Shown here: positions 30,391 through 40,401 of the stretch, in pieces | Layout: the number at the start of each line of letters is the position of its first letter | Position numbering within the stretch: position 1 is the first letter of the stretch | NCBI GenBank assembly: GCA_036677065.1 | Contig: JAKFBS010000003.1 | Span: 352,001-416,000 of the forward strand | Direction of reading: 5' to 3' | Length of the DNA stretch: 64,000 nt | DNA from: Bdellovibrio sp. | GTDB lineage: Bacteria; Bdellovibrionota; Bdellovibrionia; Bdellovibrionales; Bdellovibrionaceae | Translations under genes and position numbers: made by a program | The notes under the pieces: model-generated | Seen by the model: only the letters and a program-made list of their open reading frames with translations | Databases searched by the model: none | Told to the model about the DNA's origin: nothing

Positions 30391-31317
30391 ATGAAAAACT
30401 TTTTAAGCGTTATCGTAACTGCAATCGTTGGTTTAACAATCGTTGGTTGTACAAAAAACAAAGCTGAACTTGGTACAGCTGAAAACCCAATTAAACTTCA
30501 CTTTGTTCCTTCCGTGGATGCTAAAGTGATCGAAGATAACTCTAAAAAATTTAAAGAGTACTTAGAAGCAAATACTCCTTACAAATACGAAGTTACAATC
30601 CCGCAATCATACGTTGCTGTTGTTGAAGCTTTCGGAACTAAACGTGCTGACGTTTCTGCGATCAACACTTTCGGTTACATTTTAGCAAACAACAAATACG
30701 GTGCAGAAGCTAAAATCACTGTATTACGTCACGGTGCTTCGACTTACCAATCTATGTTTGTGGCTAAAGCAGACGGTCCAATCAAAAAATTAGAAGACCT
30801 TGCCGGCAAAAAAGTAGCTTTCGTTGATCCTTCTTCGGCGTCTGGTTACATTCTTCCTGTTAAATCTTTAAAAGATAAAAAAATCGAAACTAAAGAAACA
30901 GTTTTCGCGCAAAAGCACGACAACGTAATTTCTATGGTTTACCAAGGCCAAGTTGATGCAGGCGCTGCGTTCTACTCGCCACCTTCTACAAACGCTTCTG
31001 GTACTGCAGAAATCGAAGACGCTCGTCGTTTAGTTAAAACTCAATACCCAGATGTAGAGAAAAAAATCGCGATTATCGATTTATCTCAACACATCCCGAA
31101 CGATCCAATCATCTTCAGAAAAGATATGCCTGAAGACATGAAAAATAAAATCGTTGATGCTTTCATCGCTTTCGTTTCTACTGAAGACGGTAAAGCAGCG
31201 TTTAAGGCAATCTACGGTGTAACTGAGTTGAAAAAAGCAACTGATGCAGATTACGACGGTGTTCGTGATATGTTAAAAACAGTTGGCGTTAATCCAGACG
31301 ATTTAATGAAAAAATAG
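30391..31317 (+). CDS. phnD: Phosphate/phosphite/phosphonate ABC binding lipoprotein
   Basis: Lipobox IVG-C, FVDPSSASGY, IPNDPI; operon with phnC and phnE. Confidence 0.88.
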   Translation: MKNFLSVIVTAIVGLTIVGCTKNKAELGTAENPIKLHFVPSVDAKVIEDNSKKFKEYLEANTPYKYEVTIPQSYVAVVEAFGTKRADVSAINTFGYILANNKYGAEAKITVLRHGASTYQSMFVAKADGPIKKLEDLAGKKVAFVDPSSASGYILPVKSLKDKKIETKETVFAQKHDNVISMVYQGQVDAGAAFYSPPSTNASGTAEIEDARRLVKTQYPDVEKKIAIIDLSQHIPNDPIIFRKDMPEDMKNKIVDAFIAFVSTEDGKAAFKAIYGVTELKKATDADYDGVRDMLKTVGVNPDDLMKK

Positions 31318-31341
31318 TTTAAGAAAATAAGTAGGACGACT

Positions 31342-32130
31342 ATGTCAGTAAAACCCATCTTAAGTATTAAGAACTTAAAAAAGACTTACCCTAACGGAGT
31401 ACAAGCGCTTAAAGGCGTTAGTTTCGATGTTAAAAAGGGTGAGTTCTTAGTTGTGATCGGTCTTTCAGGATCGGGCAAATCAACGATGCTTCGTTGTATT
31501 AACCGTTTGCACGAACCAACCAGCGGAAACATAGTTTTCAATGACGGCAATACTGAAAAAGATTTAGCAAAAATTGAAAAGCCAGCTGAAATCAAATGGC
31601 TTCGCCAAAATGTGGGAATGATCTTCCAGCATTTCAATTTGATTCCGCGTCACTCGGTTCTTAGCAACGTTTTGATGGGTAAACTTTCAAAAACTTCGAC
31701 GCTTAAAAGCTTATTCGGCATGTTTTCTGACGCCGATGTAGCAGATGCGATGAAGTATTTAAAACTTGTGGGTATCGCTGATAAGGCGCATATCCGCGCC
31801 GATCAGTTATCAGGCGGTCAACAGCAACGTGTTGCGATCGCCAGAGCATTAACACAAAATCCTCAAATTCTATTAGCTGACGAACCAGTGGCCTCTTTAG
31901 ATCCGGCTACTTGTCACGTAGTGATGGATTACTTAAGAAAAGTAAACCAAGAATTAGGAATCACAATCGTATGTAATCTGCATTTCTTATCTTTAGTGCG
32001 CCAATACGCAACTCGCGTTGTGGCTCTTAAAGGTGGAGAACTGGTTTACGAAGGTGATCCAAAAAATATTGATGAAGCCTGGTTTGAAAAAATCTACGGC
32101 GCTGGCGCTAAAGAAGTACACATCAGCTAA
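31342..32130 (+). CDS. phnC: Phosphonate ABC ATPase
   Basis: GLSGSGKST, LSGGQQQRVAIAR, LADEPVASLDP, NLH. Confidence 0.92.
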   Translation: MSVKPILSIKNLKKTYPNGVQALKGVSFDVKKGEFLVVIGLSGSGKSTMLRCINRLHEPTSGNIVFNDGNTEKDLAKIEKPAEIKWLRQNVGMIFQHFNLIPRHSVLSNVLMGKLSKTSTLKSLFGMFSDADVADAMKYLKLVGIADKAHIRADQLSGGQQQRVAIARALTQNPQILLADEPVASLDPATCHVVMDYLRKVNQELGITIVCNLHFLSLVRQYATRVVALKGGELVYEGDPKNIDEAWFEKIYGAGAKEVHIS

Positions 32131-32144
32131 CAGGAGAAGACCAG

Positions 32145-33170
32145 ATGAAATCATACGTAATCCGCAGATCAATTTTAGATGGCTTTACTTTCGCATTTTT
32201 AATCGCTTCGTTAGCTGTTTGGATTATCAATCCAACGGATGAGCAAGCATTAAACATGAAATTAAATGTAGCTTTATTCGGAGCTGCTTTCGTTGTCGGA
32301 ACTTTTGTCAGTCATGTTTTAACTAAGATGAATATTACAACGTTAGGAGAAGCTCTATTTCAGCCTCCTTATAAAAAATCTGTTGTTAGCATTCCTTGGT
32401 ATAAAACATTTTCGGCTTGGCACTTAATTATTTTATTAGTGGGTCTAATGATCGTAAGTATCATTAAGACTAAATTTTCAATTAATGAATTATTAAATGA
32501 AGATGGTTTTGACGGAGCAATTCGTTTATTCAAAGGCATTGGTTCTCCGAATTTCGATATTCTTCCTAAAGCCATTATCAATATTATTGAAACCATTTTT
32601 ATGGCTTTCTTAGCAACAGCTTTAGCAATTCCTTTTGCTTTCGTATTATCTTTTGTTTCTGCAAAAAATGTTATGACGGGCAATGTGGGTTTTTCGATCT
32701 ACTTAGCGATGCGTACATTATTTAATGTTATGCGTTCAATCGAAGCTTTAGTCTGGGCGATTATCTTTTCGGTGTGGGTGGGTATCGGTCCATTTGCCGG
32801 AATGTTAGCCTTAATGATTCACTCAATTGCCTCATTAGCTAAACAATATTCTGAAATGGTTGAAACTGTAAGTGAAGGCCCAATTGAGGGTGTTCAATCT
32901 TGCGGGGCGAATAAGCTTCAAACTATTTGGTACGCGATTGTGCCTCAGGTTGTTTTACCTTACGTTTCATTCACAGTTTATCGCTGGGATATCAACGTGC
33001 GTATGGCAACAATCATCGGCTTAGTTGGCGGTGGCGGTATCGGTACATTACTGGTGCAGTATCAAGGGCAAGCGATGTGGCCAGAAGTTGGTACAATCAT
33101 CGTGGTTATCGCGATCGTTGTATGGGCGATGGATCAAGCTTCAGCTTATATCCGTGAAGCTTTAAAATAG
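32145..33170 (+). CDS. phnE: Phosphonate ABC permease with N-terminal extension
   Basis: ETIFMA, GIGPFAGMLAL, YRWDINVR, GLVGGGGIG. Confidence 0.9.
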   Translation: MKSYVIRRSILDGFTFAFLIASLAVWIINPTDEQALNMKLNVALFGAAFVVGTFVSHVLTKMNITTLGEALFQPPYKKSVVSIPWYKTFSAWHLIILLVGLMIVSIIKTKFSINELLNEDGFDGAIRLFKGIGSPNFDILPKAIINIIETIFMAFLATALAIPFAFVLSFVSAKNVMTGNVGFSIYLAMRTLFNVMRSIEALVWAIIFSVWVGIGPFAGMLALMIHSIASLAKQYSEMVETVSEGPIEGVQSCGANKLQTIWYAIVPQVVLPYVSFTVYRWDINVRMATIIGLVGGGGIGTLLVQYQGQAMWPEVGTIIVVIAIVVWAMDQASAYIREALK

Positions 33171-33190
33171 TATCTGATTACATTTAATAC

Positions 33191-33250
33191 CCTGACGAGG
33201 TGAACCGTACCAGGTGAAACGCAAAGACGGCTCTTTAACAAAGGAGTCGT
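33191..33250 (+). ncRNA. Guanidine-III (ykkC-III) riboswitch plus expression platform
   Basis: CCUG-ACGAGGUGAACCGUAC-CAGG-UGAAACGCAAAGACGGCUC: P1 CCUG/CAGG, conserved ACGAGG, pseudoknot CCGU/ACGG. Directly upstream of an SMR gene. Confidence 0.88.
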
Positions 33251-33252
33251 AT

Positions 33253-33582
33253 ATGTCTATCACAATGGCGTGGGTTGTTCTTATCATTGCAGGGTTATTC
33301 GAAATTTGCTGGGCCGTCGGCCTTAAATTCAGCGAAGGTTTCACTAAACTTTACCCAAGTGTCTTCACCCTGATCACTTTAGCGATCAGCATGTATTTAT
33401 TGGCGCGGGCAAGCCATGTGCTTCCGATCGGCACTGCTTATGGCGTGTGGGTGGGAGTTGGCGCTTTAGGCACGGCAGTGCTTGGCATTGTCTTATTTCA
33501 AGAATCAGTGTCGCCGATGCGGCTTTTATTCTTGGTGATGTTATTCGTTTCTATCATAGGTTTAAAACTGACCAGCGATTAA
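33253..33582 (+). CDS. gdx: SMR-family guanidinium exporter (Gdx/SugE)
   Basis: AWVVLIIAGLFEICWAVGLKFSEGFT, LPIGTAYGVWVGVGALG. AAGGAG SD at 33241-33246 supports ATG 33253. Confidence 0.9.
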   Translation: MSITMAWVVLIIAGLFEICWAVGLKFSEGFTKLYPSVFTLITLAISMYLLARASHVLPIGTAYGVWVGVGALGTAVLGIVLFQESVSPMRLLFLVMLFVSIIGLKLTSD

Positions 33583-33626
33583 TCTGCTGACAGTGCTGTA
33601 AAAAAATTAATCAATTTCAAAAACAT

Positions 33627-33654
33627 TTAAGACGATAGTCCTGAGGGCCGATAG
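33627..33654 (+). promoter_or_regulatory. Candidate sigma28 promoter
   Basis: TTAAG-N15-GCCGATAG upstream of the GYF-PilZ gene. Confidence 0.65.
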
Positions 33655-33681
33655 GAGTCTTGAAATAAGAGGGAATTGATT

Positions 33682-34452
33682 ATGTCTACTTTCTACATCG
33701 CTAGCCAAGGTCAACAGCAAGGACCATTCACTATTCAAGAAATTGAAGTCAAGCTGACCTCACAAAAAATCAATTGGCATGATTACATCTATGACGACAA
33801 AGCTGAGGATTGGGTTTTATTAATGGAGTATGCGCCATTCACGATGTTATTTAATAATAGTTTTAAAACTCCGCTTGCAGTTGTAAAAAATGTGGTTGAT
33901 GTAGACCCTGCGAAAAAAAGAATTTGGTTCGTGTTAAAGCAAAATAATAATTACGGGCCATTTTCGAAATTAGATTTAATCCAAATGTTACAAAGTAAAA
34001 CTTTGCATGAATATGATTTTATCTGGCACGACAATATGACTGCCTGGAAACGTTTAGCTGAAGTTGAAGAATTTTCAGTTGCTGAAATTCGGTTATTATT
34101 TGAAAAACACACTAAGAAAAAAGATACCGGCGATAAAGTGTTTTTCAGACGTAAATTTCCACGTGCAAAAGTCGAATCGCATGCAATCGTTCACGATAAA
34201 CACAAAGTTTACAAATCAGTGGGCGTTGAAATTTCTGAAGGCGGCGCCGGGCTAATGATCGAAGACGGTAAATTCGAAAAAGACCAACAAATTTATTTAC
34301 ATTTCAAACCGGCTTCTGAAGTTCCGGCTTTTAATGCTATTTGCAAAATTGTAAGTTGCAAAGGCAATGTTTATGGCGTGCAGTTTTTAAAAATTTCTGC
34401 AGCAGCAAAAACTTATATTGCTAATTATACCAGAAAGAAAGCGGCGGCTTAA
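33682..34452 (+). CDS. Tandem GYF_2 domains plus PilZ domain protein
   Basis: Two GPF...W repeats (QQQGPFTIQEI, NNYGPFSKLDL); PilZ RRKFPR (RxxxR) and EISEGG (D/NxSxxG variant). Confidence 0.85.
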   Translation: MSTFYIASQGQQQGPFTIQEIEVKLTSQKINWHDYIYDDKAEDWVLLMEYAPFTMLFNNSFKTPLAVVKNVVDVDPAKKRIWFVLKQNNNYGPFSKLDLIQMLQSKTLHEYDFIWHDNMTAWKRLAEVEEFSVAEIRLLFEKHTKKKDTGDKVFFRRKFPRAKVESHAIVHDKHKVYKSVGVEISEGGAGLMIEDGKFEKDQQIYLHFKPASEVPAFNAICKIVSCKGNVYGVQFLKISAAAKTYIANYTRKKAAA

Positions 34453-34453
34453 G

Positions 34454-35452
34454 ATGAAAAAAACCACGATGGTTCTATTGTTGTCGGCTTTGGTTATTGC
34501 CGTCGTTAATACGACGGGCTGTAAGAATGCGGCGACAAGTTTTGCATTACCACAGCAAAACGAATCGTTTTCAGGGCAGACATTTTATAATAACAAAGTC
34601 GATTTGTTATTCGTCGTGGATAATTCAAAATCAATGTTACAGTATCAACAGCGTTTGGCTGCAAAAGTTCATGAGATGGTTGATACGTTAAATAGCTTAG
34701 GTATGGATTACCGCATCGGGGTTACGACTTCGACGATGGCTAAAAATTCAGATTATGCTTCGGCAAGAAAACTTGTTGGAACTCCGGCATATTTAACTTC
34801 AGCAAATATCAATTTATTGCCAGATCGTATTATTGTGGGTGAGTCAGGTTCAGATTTAGAGCGCAGTCTAGATGCGATGAAATATGTGACTTCAACAGAT
34901 TATGCGAGCCAATTTCTTCGCAGTGATGCCTTGTTTTCAGTGATCTTTATCAGTGATGAAATTGATCAAAGCACTGAGTTCGGCAATCCGAATAACGACG
35001 ATTTCGTAAATTATTTAAACTCAAGAAAACCGCTTTTTTCAGATGGCACCCGTGGCTGGATTGCAAACTACATCGGGATTTTAACAAATCAAAGTTGTGA
35101 TGCTTTAGGCGGACACGTTTCAATCGGCACGCAATTTTTAAAATTAGTCGATGCTTCAAAAGGTGTTAAATCCTCAATTTGCGCAGCAGATTTAAGTGCA
35201 GCAGTTTCTAACATTAAAGCGCGCATTATTTCGCAATTAACTTCGTATCGCTTTAAAGATATTCCGAATAAAGCAACAATCCAAGTGACTGTTGGTGGGC
35301 GTGCAACTTTTGAAGACGCGGTGAACGGGTGGACATTAGAAACTGAAGTGAATGGGGCGACCACGATTTATCTTTTAAAATTTCATGGTGTCGCAATTCC
35401 TGCAGCAGATGAGCAAGTGATCGTGAATTACAAACCAAACGGTGCTACTTAG
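34454..35452 (+). CDS. vWA-domain lipoprotein
   Basis: Lipobox TTG-C; MIDAS DLLFVVDNSKSM, YRIGVTT, IFISDE. Confidence 0.82.
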   Translation: MKKTTMVLLLSALVIAVVNTTGCKNAATSFALPQQNESFSGQTFYNNKVDLLFVVDNSKSMLQYQQRLAAKVHEMVDTLNSLGMDYRIGVTTSTMAKNSDYASARKLVGTPAYLTSANINLLPDRIIVGESGSDLERSLDAMKYVTSTDYASQFLRSDALFSVIFISDEIDQSTEFGNPNNDDFVNYLNSRKPLFSDGTRGWIANYIGILTNQSCDALGGHVSIGTQFLKLVDASKGVKSSICAADLSAAVSNIKARIISQLTSYRFKDIPNKATIQVTVGGRATFEDAVNGWTLETEVNGATTIYLLKFHGVAIPAADEQVIVNYKPNGAT

Positions 35453-36092
35453 TCAGATCAAAATTAGAATAAATTAATCCAAATCCAGTGCGGCTCCATT
35501 TAACGGGGCCTGTATCTAAACTTTCACTAAATTCTTCTTGTGTGTAATCAAGTACAAAACCTAAACGTCCCTTTAGCCTACGCGTATATTGAACCGTATA
35601 ACCAGCAGTGGCTTTGTAAGATTGCGAATCGTTATTGATGTCAGGTTTTTCTAATTGATAAGTGTCGCTGGCGCGATAGAAAACACCAAAGCTTTGCACG
35701 CCATCGTAATAATCAAGGCGTGGCCCAAATGAAACTCCCGTTCCGGTAACGTTAGTGTTGGCCACTTCGGCGGCTTCGGTAATTTGTGAACCTTGCATAT
35801 ATTCAGCGACTGCGGATAAACGAATTTTACCCATGCGCACGCCGACAAACAGTTGCACCGGGTAAAAATAAAGATCGCGATCAGGGGCATCGACTAAACC
35901 GTTTCCCATTGTGCCTTGTGCGCCAATGAGTGAAAATCCGGCGCTCATAATTTTGTTGTTTGATTTGTAAGCAGTTGGTTTTCCTTTAAAGCTAAAACCT
36001 TTAAACTTTTTGCGAGCCAAAGCGGGCTCAGTGAGAATGATAATCATCACGCTCACTATGAGAGTTAAAATACGAAGCTTTTGCGAAAACAT
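35445..36092 (-). CDS. Exported protein, probable outer-membrane beta-barrel
   Basis: Signal peptide followed by alternating amphipathic strands. The second ATG (36092) lies 6 nt after TGcTAAAAT. Confidence 0.65.
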   Translation of the reverse strand: MFSQKLRILTLIVSVMIIILTEPALARKKFKGFSFKGKPTAYKSNNKIMSAGFSLIGAQGTMGNGLVDAPDRDLYFYPVQLFVGVRMGKIRLSAVAEYMQGSQITEAAEVANTNVTGTGVSFGPRLDYYDGVQSFGVFYRASDTYQLEKPDINNDSQSYKATAGYTVQYTRRLKGRLGFVLDYTQEEFSESLDTGPVKWSRTGFGLIYSNFDLTK

Positions 36093-36313
36093 CATTAGAT
36101 TTTAGCACAAAGTTTTATCAGAGACTATTTGCTCCTCTCAGAATGAGACTTTCCACTTGGGACAAAAGTCTAGGTCGCGGGGAATTTTAAAAAAATAAAC
36201 GGGTAGAAATTTGCCCGAAATGACTGCGCAATTAGCACGATATGTCGTTGTCTTCATTCAGGTTTTTTGTAATGATGAGTCGTTGAAAACCAAATGATTA
36301 TACAGAGGTACAT

Positions 36314-36907
36314 ATGTCGGATACAGTGTCTGATAAATCTTTAGAAGATATGTCGAAGTCGTTCGCGTTAACTACGCGACTTGATGCGATCGCAGCGTGG
36401 GGACAAAGAAATGCTTTGTGGCCACTTCCTTACGGAACAGCTTGTTGTGGTATCGAGTTAATGTCAGTGATGGGTCCGAAATATGACTTAGCCCGCTTCG
36501 GTGCGGAGGTTGTTCGTTTTTCTCCTCGTCAAGCAGACTTACTTGTTGTTGCTGGTACGATCACAGAAAAAATGGCACCGATCTTAGTGCGTATTTACCA
36601 ACAAATGTTAGAACCAAAATATGTTTTATCAATGGGAGCCTGTGCAAGCTCTGGTGGTTTCTACCGCGCTTACCACGTGTTACAAGGTTGTGATAAAGTT
36701 ATTCCAGTTGATGTTTATGTTCCAGGTTGTCCTCCAACTCCAGAAGCCGTTCTTGATGGCGTGATGACATTACAAAAAATGATTAAAGACAGAACGCCAC
36801 GTCCTTGGAAAGAGGGCTGGGTTTCTCCTTACGAAATCAATGCGCAAACTGTTCCAGATTCTTTAACTTCTACACGAGTTATTACACCTCGTCCGGTAGG
36901 AGTTTAA
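36314..36907 (+). CDS. nuoB: NADH-quinone oxidoreductase subunit B
   Basis: [29 protein letters not shown]. Confidence 0.97.
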   Translation: MSDTVSDKSLEDMSKSFALTTRLDAIAAWGQRNALWPLPYGTACCGIELMSVMGPKYDLARFGAEVVRFSPRQADLLVVAGTITEKMAPILVRIYQQMLEPKYVLSMGACASSGGFYRAYHVLQGCDKVIPVDVYVPGCPPTPEAVLDGVMTLQKMIKDRTPRPWKEGWVSPYEINAQTVPDSLTSTRVITPRPVGV

Positions 36908-36908
36908 G

Positions 36909-38597
36909 ATGTCTGAACAATTGGCCACTCTAAAACAAGACATCGCCGTTAAATTTGGTGATAACGCTTTTAAATTTTCTACGACTCCAGTTGGCGATCA
37001 TGTTGTTGAAGCGTCAAAAGAAACTGTAACTGCACTTTTAAGATATTTAAAAGAATACGCTGGTTACAATTTTTTAATGGATGTTTGCGGAGTTGATTAT
37101 CCAAACCGTGAAAAACGTTTTGATGTTGTATATCACTTATTCGGATCTTCTGATTCACGTCGCTTGCGTGTAAAAACACAAGTTGCTGATGGCGAAGCCG
37201 TTGTTACGGCTACAACAATCTGGAAAGCGGCTGACTGGTTTGAGCGTGAAGCTTATGACATGTTCGGTATTAAATTTTCGGGTCACCCGAATTTAAGAAA
37301 AATTTTAACTCACCACCAATTTGTCGGGCATCCGTTACGTAAAGATTACGAAGCTGATAAACAACAACACTGTTCTTCAGTTTTACCAATTCATTTTGAT
37401 AACACTCCTGAACAACGTGGTGACCAATTAGATTCAAGATATGTTCCTTTAAATATTGGACCTTCGCATCCAGCGATGCACGGAACACTTCGTGTAATGG
37501 TTGAATTAGATGGTGAAACGATCGTTCGTGCGATGCCTGAAATCGGATATCTTCACAGATGTTTTGAAAAAATGGCTGAAACTCATCCGTACAACCAAGT
37601 TATTCCATACACTGATCGTTTAAATTACTGTTCAGCGCCGATGAATAACATTGGTTATTGCATGGCTGTTGAAAAATTAATGGGCTTAGAAATTCCTGCA
37701 CGTGCTGAAACAATGCGTGTGATCTTATGCGAACTTTCTCGCGTGATCGATCATATCATTGCGGTTGGTACTGGTGGTGTTGACTTAGGTGCCTTAACTG
37801 CGTTTTTCCACTTATTTACTTTCCGCGAAAAAGTTTACACATTATTTGAAAAACTTTGCGGTGCTCGCTTAACAGTTGCTATGACTCGCGTTGGCGGTAT
37901 GGCTTACGACGCTCCTGAAGGTTGGTTTAACGACGTTCTTCGTTTTTGTGATGAAATGTCTGATGGTATCGAAGAAATTTCTAAAATGTTATTGGGAAAT
38001 AAAATTTTCATCAAACGTACACAAGATGTGTGTCCGGTTTCAGCTCAGGATGCGATCGAGTGGGGTTACACTGGTCCGTTACTTAGAGCTTCAGGTGTAA
38101 ATTTAGATTTACGTCGTGCTCAGCCTTATTATGGTTATGAAAAATATGATTTCGATGTTCCGGTTGGAACCCAAGGTGATATTTACGATCGTTACTTAGT
38201 TCGTATTGAAGAAATGCGCCAATCAATCCGCATCATCAGACAAGCATGTAAGAATGTTCCATCTGGTGATTGGACAGTTCGTGATAAAGGCGTTGTATTA
38301 CCAGAGAAAAAAGATGTTTACGGAAACATCGAAGGTTTAATGAATCACTTTATGTTAGTGATCAAAGGTCTTCGTCCTCCTGTTGGCGAAATTTATTCGG
38401 CAACAGAAGCTGCAAACGGTGAATTAGGTTTCTACTTAATTTCTGATGGTTCAGCTTCTCCTTATCGCCTGAAAGTTCGTCCACCATGTTTTGCAATTTA
38501 TCAATCATTCCCAGATGTAGTTAAGGGTTCAATGTTAGCAGATGCGATTGCAACTGTTGCATCAATGAACTTAATCGCTGGCGAGTTAGACAGATAG
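36909..38597 (+). CDS. nuoCD: NADH-quinone oxidoreductase fused subunit C/D
   Basis: WFEREAYDMFGI, GHPLRKDY, then NIGPSHPAMHGTLR, GYLHRCFEK, GELDR. Confidence 0.96.
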   Translation: MSEQLATLKQDIAVKFGDNAFKFSTTPVGDHVVEASKETVTALLRYLKEYAGYNFLMDVCGVDYPNREKRFDVVYHLFGSSDSRRLRVKTQVADGEAVVTATTIWKAADWFEREAYDMFGIKFSGHPNLRKILTHHQFVGHPLRKDYEADKQQHCSSVLPIHFDNTPEQRGDQLDSRYVPLNIGPSHPAMHGTLRVMVELDGETIVRAMPEIGYLHRCFEKMAETHPYNQVIPYTDRLNYCSAPMNNIGYCMAVEKLMGLEIPARAETMRVILCELSRVIDHIIAVGTGGVDLGALTAFFHLFTFREKVYTLFEKLCGARLTVAMTRVGGMAYDAPEGWFNDVLRFCDEMSDGIEEISKMLLGNKIFIKRTQDVCPVSAQDAIEWGYTGPLLRASGVNLDLRRAQPYYGYEKYDFDVPVGTQGDIYDRYLVRIEEMRQSIRIIRQACKNVPSGDWTVRDKGVVLPEKKDVYGNIEGLMNHFMLVIKGLRPPVGEIYSATEAANGELGFYLISDGSASPYRLKVRPPCFAIYQSFPDVVKGSMLADAIATVASMNLIAGELDR

Positions 38598-38608
38598 GAG
38601 CCGCCCAT

Positions 38609-39082
38609 ATGTTTCAATTATCTCCTCAAGGAAAAGAAAAAGTTTTAGCCGAATTGAAAAGATACGAATCTCGTCAATCTGCGGTTTTACCTGCTTTGTA
38701 TATCGCGCAAGCTGAAAACAAAGGTTACATTTCAAAAGATGTTATCAAAGAATTATCACGCGTGATGGAATTGCCAGAAGCAAACATCAACGAAGTTTGC
38801 ACGTTCTATACAATGTACAACAAAGAGCCGATCGGTAATCACCACGTACAAGTATGTCGTACATTATCTTGCATGTTGAATGGTGCAAAAGAATTGTCTG
38901 AGCATATCTGTTCACAATTAGGAACTCACTTAGGTGAAAAAACTAAAGACGGAAAGTTCACAGTAACTGAAGTTGAATGTTTAGGTTCATGCGGAACAGC
39001 TCCGATGATGCAAATTGGTGATAAATATTACGAAAATTTAACTCATGAATCTGCGATGAATATCATTCGCGGTTTGAAATAG
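38609..39082 (+). CDS. nuoE: NADH-quinone oxidoreductase subunit E
   Basis: TFYTMY, VCRTLSC, ECLGSCGTAP. Confidence 0.96.
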   Translation: MFQLSPQGKEKVLAELKRYESRQSAVLPALYIAQAENKGYISKDVIKELSRVMELPEANINEVCTFYTMYNKEPIGNHHVQVCRTLSCMLNGAKELSEHICSQLGTHLGEKTKDGKFTVTEVECLGSCGTAPMMQIGDKYYENLTHESAMNIIRGLK

Positions 39083-39090
39083 GAATTACG

Positions 39091-40401
39091 ATGAGCGAAG
39101 TAAAATATCTTACAGAATTTTATCACTTACCTGAATTCAAGGGCTTAGAAGGCTACAAAAAAAATGGTGGTTACGTTCAACTGGCGAAAGCTTTGAAAAT
39201 GCAACCGCAAGCGATCATCGACGAAGTTAAAGCTTCTGGTCTTCGCGGTCGTGGCGGCGCGGGTTTCCCGACTGGAATGAAATGGGGATTCTTACCAAAA
39301 AACGACGAACCAAGATATTTACTTTGCAACGCCGATGAAGGCGAGCCCGGTACATTCAAAGATCGCATGATGATGGAAAAAGCTCCGCATCAATTAGTAG
39401 AAGGCATGATTATTTCAGCTTTCGCGATCAACTGTAAAAAATCTTATATTTATGTTCGCGGTGAGTACGATGATTCAATCAACGCATTAAACACAGCGAT
39501 TCAAGAGGCGTACAAGGCAGGATTACTAGGAAAAAATATTCTAGGTTCTGGTTTTGATCACGATATGGATGTGTACCGTGGAGCAGGCGCCTATATCTGC
39601 GGTGAAGAAACAGGAATGATTTCTTCTCTTGAAGGTTTAAAAGGCCAACCTAAATTAAAACCACCATTTCCGGCGGTTCAAGGTTACTTAAAAAAACCAA
39701 CAATTGTTAATAACGTAGAAACTTTAGCGGCAGTTAAATACATCATGCGTGATGGCGCTGCCGGTTACCGTAAATACGGAACTGAAAAATCTGCGGGTTC
39801 AAAATTATTCTCATTATCAGGAAATGTTAATAAACCAGGTAACTACGAAGTGCCATTGGGATATCCGTTAAAAGATATGATCAATGTTCTTGGTGGCGGA
39901 ATTAAAAATGGCAAAAAATTAAAAGCCGTAATTCCGGGTGGATCATCAGCTCCAGTTCTTACTGCTGAAGAAGCCTTGAAAGCTACTTTAGATTATGAAA
40001 ACTTAGCTGCAGCCGGAACAATGTTAGGATCAGGCGCGATTATCGTGATTGATGATTCTAAATGTATGGTTGAATGCTTAGCTAACTTAACTCACTTTTA
40101 TCACCACGAATCTTGTGGCCAATGTACTCCATGCCGAGAAGGCACTGGCTGGGCAGATAAAATCGTTCATTCGATCTTATCTGGTAAGGGCCGCTTACAA
40201 GATATCGAATTACTTGTAAAAGTTGCTGATAACATGAAAGGCCGCACAATCTGCGCTCTTTCAGATGCAGCAGCATTACCGATCATTAGTTTTGTGACTA
40301 AATTCCGCGACGAATTCGAATATTTCGTGCGTGAAGGTAAATCAAAAGTAAAAGGTACAGCATACAAAGGACATGCATATGCAGCAACAGCCTCTCATTA
40401 A
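39091..40401 (+). CDS. nuoF: NADH-quinone oxidoreductase subunit F
   Basis: SGLRGRGGAGFPTG, NADEGEPGTFKDR, GAGAYICGEE, ESCGQCTPCREG. Confidence 0.97.
   Translation: MSEVKYLTEFYHLPEFKGLEGYKKNGGYVQLAKALKMQPQAIIDEVKASGLRGRGGAGFPTGMKWGFLPKNDEPRYLLCNADEGEPGTFKDRMMMEKAPHQLVEGMIISAFAINCKKSYIYVRGEYDDSINALNTAIQEAYKAGLLGKNILGSGFDHDMDVYRGAGAYICGEETGMISSLEGLKGQPKLKPPFPAVQGYLKKPTIVNNVETLAAVKYIMRDGAAGYRKYGTEKSAGSKLFSLSGNVNKPGNYEVPLGYPLKDMINVLGGGIKNGKKLKAVIPGGSSAPVLTAEEALKATLDYENLAAAGTMLGSGAIIVIDDSKCMVECLANLTHFYHHESCGQCTPCREGTGWADKIVHSILSGKGRLQDIELLVKVADNMKGRTICALSDAAALPIISFVTKFRDEFEYFVREGKSKVKGTAYKGHAYAATASH

Noticed and set aside
33214..33252. N-terminal extension of the SMR protein from the GTG at 33214
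   Set aside because: It lies within the riboswitch; the SD supports ATG 33253.
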